37,341 nt of DNA. Source: Nitrospinota bacterium. GTDB lineage: Bacteria > Nitrospinota > Nitrospinia > Nitrospinales > VA-1. Location: NCBI GenBank assembly GCA_038108555.1, contig JAYNIA010000009.1, positions 33,809-71,149 of the forward strand. Direction: 5' to 3'. The translations under genes and the position numbers were made by a program. This document shows positions 31,438-37,341 of this stretch, piece after piece (position 1 is the stretch's first letter; each line of letters starts with the position of its first letter). The notes under the pieces are model-generated. The model was given only the letters and a program-made list of their open reading frames with translations. It ran no database searches and had not been told where the DNA came from.

Positions 31438-31977
31438 CTAAAAGCTCGAAGATTTTGCCAGGATTTTTTTAGGAAGGTATTTAAGCCAGGTTTCAAGGTG
31501 TGAGTCGGGACCAGCAGGGATAACGAAAGGCACGAATTGATAATCTGGCTTGACAGGTTTTCTTTTCAACTTCATGTCGATTTCAAAAGGCGTTCTATTT
31601 CCTTTTTTCAAATTGCAACTTTTACAAGCCACTACAACATTCGTCCAATTGGTTCCACCACCTCTTGATTTAGGCACAACGTGGTCCACAGTCAAATGTT
31701 TGGTTGCTCCGCAATACTGACAAGTATAATCATCACGTCTTAAAATGTTTTTCTTGCTGAACGCAACACTATTTTTTCTGTTTCGTTGAACCATCTTCAA
31801 AACACGAATTACGGTAGGAATGGAAAAACTTGCAGAGGGGGTTCGAACACAATAATCTGAGTTATCAAGTTCCTCCGCCCGACCTCCGAAAACCATAATC
31901 AAGGCATGGCGGGCACTACAGAATTGCAGAGGCTCATAGGAATAGTTTAAGACTAGGCTTTTAAATGAATCCAGCAT
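31438..31977 (-). CDS. HNH endonuclease
   Basis: LVLNYSYEPL, RDDYTCQYCG, TVDHVVPKSRGG, ACKSCNLKKG; GAGAGG RBS before ATG 31977. Confidence 0.9.
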   Translation of the reverse strand: MLDSFKSLVLNYSYEPLQFCSARHALIMVFGGRAEELDNSDYCVRTPSASFSIPTVIRVLKMVQRNRKNSVAFSKKNILRRDDYTCQYCGATKHLTVDHVVPKSRGGGTNWTNVVVACKSCNLKKGNRTPFEIDMKLKRKPVKPDYQFVPFVIPAGPDSHLETWLKYLPKKILAKSSSF

Positions 31978-32044
31978 AACTTCAAACCTCTCGGGGCTGA
32001 ACTGCATGAATTAATTTTGAAACCGCTCAAGCACAATTCTGAAA

Positions 32045-32074
32045 AGTTTACTCTTTCTCACATAAAAGTGTCAA
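32045..32074 (-). promoter_or_regulatory. Sigma70-type promoter for the HNH gene
   Basis: Minus strand TTGACA, 18 bp, TAAACT. Confidence 0.45.
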
Positions 32075-32086
32075 TAGAAAGCAAAC

Positions 32087-33508
32087 CTAGTCCATTAAAA
32101 AGATATTTCCTTTTCCAAGTTTTACCTGGGGATCTAAAACTCTCTTTATTTTTTTTAATTCCTTTATATTTTTTTCCCCTACCATTTCATAAAAATATTT
32201 CCTCTTTTTCTTTCCAATCCCGTGCTCGGCTGACACGGTTCCATTCCATGAAATAATTTTTTTGACAAACTCGTTATAGATTAAACCCGCCTCTTCCATC
32301 TGATTAGAATCCGGAAGTAAATTTATATGTAAATGGTTATCCCCCAGATGACCAAAAATCACATAGGGAACCTCTGCCTCGGAAAGAGTTTTTTCATAGA
32401 ATTCCATCATTTCCATAAAATGATCATCCGAAACAGCCATATCGGTTCCAATTTTCTCTCGTCCCGCCCGGGAGTTCTTCTCATTCACTAATGCAGGCAC
32501 TGAATGTCTGAACTCGTGGAAGGTCCTGTTGTCTTTTTCATTTTCAGAAAACCAGGAATCGTCTAAAAGAATTTCTTTGTCGGATAAAAACTCAAACCAA
32601 TCTTCTAGCTTTTGGTCATAACTCTCTTTTTTAGCAATGTCTTCCTCGAAAAATAATGCCGCTTGCGCCTGGCCCGGGATATTTGGGTATTTCTCCCTCA
32701 ATAGTTCCAATGAGAAACGATCGAAATATTCCAGAGAACAGGGAGAAACAACCGAATTGGATTGAATTTCACTTTTTAACTCCCAACAGCTCTTTTCCTT
32801 TTCAAAGAACAACACACCACTCAAAAATGCCTCTGGTTCGGGAATAAGTTTCAAACAAATTCTGGTAAAAATACCTAGCGTACCATCAGAACCAATGAAC
32901 AAATCCAACCAATCCATTTCGGGTTGAACAAAATAACCTGCGGTATTTTTACAGTTTGGGCTGGTATAGGAAATCTCAGGAAACTCAATTTTGCTCCCAT
33001 CATCAAAACATAAGGGTTCACTTGTTTTATGGTCGCGCTTTATAAGAGCTTTTCTTCCATCGGCAAGGATCAAATCAGCAGCATAAATGAAATCACGTGT
33101 CACACCGTATTTGAAGCTTCTTGATCCTGAGGCGTTAGTGGCTAATGTGCCACCAATAGATGCGTTTGTTTCGGTAGGATTGGGCGGATAAAACCAACCC
33201 GAGTGATTTAAATGGGCCTGCAATTCTGTCAGGGTTACAGCGGGGCCTACCCAAATTTTATCTTCTTTAATAGATTCAATTTCATTAAATTTCTCCAGTG
33301 AAATGATAATACCTCCCGCTGGAATTCTTGATGCGGTTAAACCGGTTCCGGCCCCAGCAATAGTAACCGACCTGGAATCATTTTTCAGAATATCAATGAG
33401 CTCATCAATGTCTTCAGGAATGAAAACCTCCTCCGCTTTTCCTCCTGAGTAATTTGAAGCATCCTGTAAATAAGAAGCAATTGTTTCCGGGCTGGATTTA
33501 CGTATCAT
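32087..33508 (-). CDS. FAD-linked oxidoreductase (GlcD/D-2-hydroxyacid dehydrogenase family)
   Basis: GAGTGL, IGGTLATNASG, GSDGTLG, FGHLGDNHLH, SAEHGIG. Confidence 0.9.
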   Translation of the reverse strand: MIRKSSPETIASYLQDASNYSGGKAEEVFIPEDIDELIDILKNDSRSVTIAGAGTGLTASRIPAGGIIISLEKFNEIESIKEDKIWVGPAVTLTELQAHLNHSGWFYPPNPTETNASIGGTLATNASGSRSFKYGVTRDFIYAADLILADGRKALIKRDHKTSEPLCFDDGSKIEFPEISYTSPNCKNTAGYFVQPEMDWLDLFIGSDGTLGIFTRICLKLIPEPEAFLSGVLFFEKEKSCWELKSEIQSNSVVSPCSLEYFDRFSLELLREKYPNIPGQAQAALFFEEDIAKKESYDQKLEDWFEFLSDKEILLDDSWFSENEKDNRTFHEFRHSVPALVNEKNSRAGREKIGTDMAVSDDHFMEMMEFYEKTLSEAEVPYVIFGHLGDNHLHINLLPDSNQMEEAGLIYNEFVKKIISWNGTVSAEHGIGKKKRKYFYEMVGEKNIKELKKIKRVLDPQVKLGKGNIFLMD

Positions 33509-33528
33509 GAAAAAGCCATCAGAAAAAA

Positions 33529-33699
33529 TTATGGATTGTTACCGGAGTCTTCCTCCAGATTAGAAGCACCAACATCTTGTTCTTTCCTGCGCTCCGCCTC
33601 AACTTTGGGCTGGGTGTGAATAAATTTTGCATATTTCACCATTAAAACCATCATGATAATTGCAAAAAGCACTGCCATTCCTAAAATCAAATCTTCCAC
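33529..33699 (-). CDS. Small single-pass membrane protein, 56 aa (not in ORF track)
   Basis: AAGGGGGA RBS, GTG start, MEDLILGMAVLFAIIMMVLMVKYAKFIHTQPKVEAERRKEQDVGASNLEEDSGNNP*, ending 20 nt before the FAD oxidase start. Confidence 0.7.
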   Translation of the reverse strand: MEDLILGMAVLFAIIMMVLMVKYAKFIHTQPKVEAERRKEQDVGASNLEEDSGNNP

Positions 33700-33792
33700 T
33701 AATTAATCCCCCTTAATTAAATATAAACATTATATCATTTCCAGGGTGGTCCAAGAAGTGCAGGAAAATAATGTTAGACCAAATTACATTGC

Positions 33793-33822
33793 TTGACATC
33801 GGCTACCGCCAATAAGTATGCT
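33793..33822 (+). promoter_or_regulatory. Sigma70-type promoter for the AAA+ operon
   Basis: TTGACA (33793-33798), 18 bp, TATGCT (33817-33822). Confidence 0.45.
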
Positions 33823-33860
33823 TTTGAAATTATAAATCGTTTTGATTTAAGGAATTAATT

Positions 33861-34814
33861 TTGAAAAACGAAGAAAACTTAAAGCAAAAAACAATCATAG
33901 ATGGGGTAACACTCAATTTAAGCAAACCCGATACGACCCAACCTACATGGATCGGTCAGGATGAAATATTAAAACAAATTCATGCCTGCTGGATGGTTGT
34001 CTCGGACAAAGACCACCCTCTTTCTCCAAGGATTACCGGAATGCCCGGAACGGGGAAAACTACTCTGGCCATGGTGGCAGCTCAACAGCGAAAACAACCT
34101 CTATATATCTTTCAATGCACCAGCGATACCCGGCCCGAAGATTTACTTGTCACTCCCGTTCTATCTGAGAAGGGTTCCATTTCCTACCATGCATCTCCCC
34201 TGGTTTGCGCTATGATTACCGGGGGAATTTGCATCCTTGATGAAGGAAACCGGATGAATGAAAAAAGCTGGGCATCGTTGGCTCCTCTTTTGGATCATAG
34301 ACGATATGTGGAATCCATCATCGCCGGAATACAAATTCATGCACACAAGGATTTCAGAGCCTGTGTGACCATGAACAATGATGAGTCCACATTTGAAATT
34401 CCAGACTACATCCTGTCTCGACTTCAGCCGACGTTGCAAATGAGCATGCCAAGTTATGCAGATGAGCTCGAAATTCTCCGTTATCATCTCCCCTTTTCTG
34501 AAGAAGAACTTTTGAACATGACTGTGGAGTTCCTGCAAAAATCCCATCAACTGGATTTGGAGTTTTCTCCAAGAGATGGAATCCATATCCTGCAATATGC
34601 TTTGAAACGTTTGAGTCAGGAAAAGGAGCATCCCTTATCAAAAGATCAGGTCTGGAAGGAGGCCGTCAGCAAAGTATTGGGTGAGGATGCCCTGGATCTG
34701 GACGGTCTTGCCGCGAAAAACAGGCGGTCTTTGCAAGATGAGCATCTCCCCATGGGATTGGGCGATTTCTTTTTCAGTGACGATAACCCCCTTCATCCTG
34801 ATAGCGACAAATAA
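33861..34814 (+). CDS. MoxR/CbbQ-clade AAA+ ATPase (AAA_5)
   Basis: Walker A GMPGTGKT, Walker [10 protein letters not shown], sensor VTMN, LSRL arginine finger, FSPRD sensor II. Confidence 0.9.
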   Translation: MKNEENLKQKTIIDGVTLNLSKPDTTQPTWIGQDEILKQIHACWMVVSDKDHPLSPRITGMPGTGKTTLAMVAAQQRKQPLYIFQCTSDTRPEDLLVTPVLSEKGSISYHASPLVCAMITGGICILDEGNRMNEKSWASLAPLLDHRRYVESIIAGIQIHAHKDFRACVTMNNDESTFEIPDYILSRLQPTLQMSMPSYADELEILRYHLPFSEEELLNMTVEFLQKSHQLDLEFSPRDGIHILQYALKRLSQEKEHPLSKDQVWKEAVSKVLGEDALDLDGLAAKNRRSLQDEHLPMGLGDFFFSDDNPLHPDSDK

Positions 34815-36641
34815 ATGGATGATATTTTAAAACTCAGTGACCGCATCCATTTTCTCCCGGTGATTCATGGAAGCGGGAGCTTTGCAAGGGAAATCAGGAA
34901 TCGGATTCTTTCTGAAAAATGTGATTGCCTTGCAGTGGCCCTGCCTCCAGAGTTCCAATCCTCTATTGAGGAAGGTATCGATCTTCTGCCGCAAATAACC
35001 CTGAGCACCCAACAAGAAGAAGGTGGCTCTTTAAATTATGTTCCGATAGATCCCAGCCAGCCAATAATTTCAGGATTGCGTATTGCCAAACAAGAGGGAA
35101 TCTCACGCCGTTTTATCGACTGGAGTACGGAAAATTATGAAACAAGGAACTTCAATTTTCCAGATACGTTCTCACTCCAAAAAGTTTCTTATGAAAAACT
35201 GCTCAGCACTTTGCTTTTGACATTAAAGCCACCTAAGGAAGACAGCCAACATTATTGGCGGGTTCGCTGGATGGCCTACCAACTGCATTGCCTGGAACTG
35301 GATTTTTCAAATATTTTATTTATTTGCTCCGTTGTCGACTGGCCCTGGATCAAGGAAGCCTTTGATGAACGCAGGGAATATAAAAACCCAACAGCAAATC
35401 CCATCAACCCGAACCTGAATCAGGTCGACAAAAAAACCCTCTTCTTCGCTTTAAGTGAATTTCCGTATATCACTTATTTATATGAAAAAAAGCGCCAGCA
35501 AATGCGCACAGACAGTTCAGCACCGCTGGACGGGGTTAAGGAAATTTTACTTCGCGCCCGTGATCTTTTTCAAAAGAAGCACAAAATTCGTTACCACAAT
35601 TTGACTTCGCAAACTTTCCAGATACTCCTGCAATATGTGAGGAATCTCACTTTAATGGAATCCAGATTGCTTCCCGATCTCTATACTTTGGTCAACTCCG
35701 CCAAACAATTCGGAGGCGACCCTTTTGCTATTGCGGTTCTTGAAGCAGCCCGGGAATATCCCTTTGAAGAATCAGAGTCGACCACAAATACAATCTCACT
35801 GGGAATTGACCAGGGAATCATGGACGATGCTTCCCCGGTCCAGATGAAAAACAGGCTATCCGAAACGCAGTTCGAATGGCGAACTTTAAACTTAAAGCCG
35901 GACCCAGATATTCAGCAAAAGGAAAACTGGAAACATCGATGGGACCCTTACGGGCAATGTTCCTGGCCCCCAGAAGATGAAAAAATAGAGAATCTGAATA
36001 CTCATGTTCGAGAGCAAACAAGGCTCCTTTTAAGTCATGACCTGGCACGAACCGAAAAGTTTACTTCGTCAGTGAAGGATGGAATCGATATTCGTGACAC
36101 GCTCCGACATTGGTATACCGGCGACATCTATGTGAAAGAAATACCACCCTCACGTGGAGAAGTTGAGATCATCGTTTTTCTTTTCGACCCGGAACCCGAT
36201 CCCAATCAATATCGCTGGCGGCAAACCTGGTATGCGGAACATAAGGAAGAATCCACTCTCTGTTTTTTTGCCACCGAATATATGGAGAACCTGATAGGCC
36301 CGGGTATTGGCCAGGCTACCTATGGAGGATGCATGATGCTTTTTCCTCCACGTCCGATCCTTGATATCTGGCAAGATCCGCGATTGCGGTTTTCCCAAAC
36401 TTTGGAGGAAAAACTTTTAGAAGCCGCCTTTTTCCATTCCCGTGAAAAACATGTGACGGTGGTTTCAACCTGCTCCCCTCAATTGACATGGCGGCGTCTG
36501 GCACGGCGCTATGGCAAAAAAATAATTCACCTTCCGCTCAAACGGTTTTCCAATCAGACCATAGAAAAAGTCAGGCGTTTCCATGTCCTAAATGGGAAAG
36601 ATATCCGCTCATACGCCAAACGATTTATTCAGGAATTATAA
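34815..36641 (+). CDS. Hypothetical protein, 608 aa, probable AAA+ partner
   Basis: ATG immediately follows the ATPase stop (TAAATG); long uninterrupted, W/P/R-rich ORF. Confidence 0.85.
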   Translation: MDDILKLSDRIHFLPVIHGSGSFAREIRNRILSEKCDCLAVALPPEFQSSIEEGIDLLPQITLSTQQEEGGSLNYVPIDPSQPIISGLRIAKQEGISRRFIDWSTENYETRNFNFPDTFSLQKVSYEKLLSTLLLTLKPPKEDSQHYWRVRWMAYQLHCLELDFSNILFICSVVDWPWIKEAFDERREYKNPTANPINPNLNQVDKKTLFFALSEFPYITYLYEKKRQQMRTDSSAPLDGVKEILLRARDLFQKKHKIRYHNLTSQTFQILLQYVRNLTLMESRLLPDLYTLVNSAKQFGGDPFAIAVLEAAREYPFEESESTTNTISLGIDQGIMDDASPVQMKNRLSETQFEWRTLNLKPDPDIQQKENWKHRWDPYGQCSWPPEDEKIENLNTHVREQTRLLLSHDLARTEKFTSSVKDGIDIRDTLRHWYTGDIYVKEIPPSRGEVEIIVFLFDPEPDPNQYRWRQTWYAEHKEESTLCFFATEYMENLIGPGIGQATYGGCMMLFPPRPILDIWQDPRLRFSQTLEEKLLEAAFFHSREKHVTVVSTCSPQLTWRRLARRYGKKIIHLPLKRFSNQTIEKVRRFHVLNGKDIRSYAKRFIQEL

Positions 36642-36653
36642 TTTTCATTTAAT

Positions 36654-37121
36654 ATGGCTTTAGAATTTACAATCCGGGAAGCAGTTTCTTCTGATATTCC
36701 AGTATTGGCAAAAAACAACCAGGCCCTTGCCAACGAAACTGAAGACATTCAGCTTGATTCGGAAACACTCTTATCCGGAGTGACCCATGCTTTGGAAAGG
36801 GAGGATTGTCATTATTTCGTGGCAGAATCAAAGGGAAAAATCTTAGGCCAAACCATGGTCACTTATGAATGGAGTGACTGGAGAGATGGTGTCATGTGGT
36901 GGCTACAGAGTGTATACATCCTACCGGACTATAGAAACCAGGGAGTTTTTCGAGCCATTTTTAATCATATAGAAAAACTGGCAAGAAATCGCCCAGATGT
37001 GAAAGCGTTGCGGCTTTATGTGATGCAGGACAACCAATCTGGTAAAAGCACCTACTCCTCCCTCGGCATGAACGACTCAGGTTATTTAGTATATGAAAAA
37101 GTGGGGTTGAACGACCTTTAG
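36654..37121 (+). CDS. GNAT family N-acetyltransferase
   Basis: YEWSDWRDG..WWLQSVYILPDYRNQGVF, LRLYV..DN, Y..LGM. Confidence 0.9.
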   Translation: MALEFTIREAVSSDIPVLAKNNQALANETEDIQLDSETLLSGVTHALEREDCHYFVAESKGKILGQTMVTYEWSDWRDGVMWWLQSVYILPDYRNQGVFRAIFNHIEKLARNRPDVKALRLYVMQDNQSGKSTYSSLGMNDSGYLVYEKVGLNDL

Positions 37122-37122
37122 A

Positions 37123-37341
37123 TTAATTCAATCGTCTTGAGGAAGGTCCTCTTTGGCCTAATGAGTAATTCTTATTTGAAGACCGCCCCATAAAAGCCTG
37201 CTGTACCGGATCGGGAAAGTTCTGGTCACATTCGTTTAGATATCTCATTACAGAAATCATCCAATCCGTTTCGTGGGGTGAGCGAATAATAGCGATGTTT
37301 GCACTTTCATATTCCCTGCAAATTTTATCAGAAGCTTTTTT
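37123..37341 (-). CDS. 3' end of an unidentified gene running in from beyond the window
   Basis: Open frame of 72 codons (KKASDKICREYESANIAIIRSPHETDW...SSRRLN*) stopping 1 nt from the GNAT stop. Confidence 0.55.
   Translation of the reverse strand, partial: KKASDKICREYESANIAIIRSPHETDWMISVMRYLNECDQNFPDPVQQAFMGRSSNKNYSLGQRGPSSRRLN

Noticed and set aside
31438..31977. HNH nuclease as a mobile element or defence system
   Set aside because: No intron, transposase, methylase or flanking repeats; resembles the common stand-alone chromosomal HNH family.
1..37341. CRISPR arrays, tRNA/rRNA, IS or prophage genes
   Set aside because: No spaced direct repeats, cloverleafs, transposase, integrase or phage-like ORFs seen by eye.

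Overview
AT-rich, gene-dense bacterial chromosomal window, mostly housekeeping. Gene content and style suggest a flagellated Gram-negative such as Nitrospinota or a deltaproteobacterium-like lineage (inference only). The core is a PyrR-attenuated operon pyrR-pyrB-pyrC-carA-[unknown]-carB with a clear PyrR-binding loop and terminator. Also present: bioC, a Maf/DUF115 protein, CbpA-type DnaJ, a 2Fe-2S ferredoxin, nth, a multi-LysM lytic transglycosylase, orphan flagellar genes (FlhB-C-like, FliK-like, fliL, CsgG/FlgT-like) with sigma28-type sites, coaE, a class IV aminotransferase, cvpA, a Nudix hydrolase, an HNH nuclease, an FAD oxidase and a GNAT. Most unusual: (1) a membrane-anchored NB-ARC/TPR (NLR-like) gene with an in-frame TAA exactly at the Walker A lysine; (2) an O-methyltransferase split by a one-base slip in a G8 tract inside its SAM-binding motif; (3) a MoxR-type AAA+ ATPase coupled to a 608-aa protein resembling a YehM/DUF5682-like domain fused to a degenerate VWA region; (4) a 438-aa HPr fusion keeping both His15- and Ser46-equivalent sites; (5) a conserved-looking gene wedged between carA and carB; (6) a 56-aa membrane protein missing from the ORF track. 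No tRNA, rRNA, CRISPR array or IS element was recognised.
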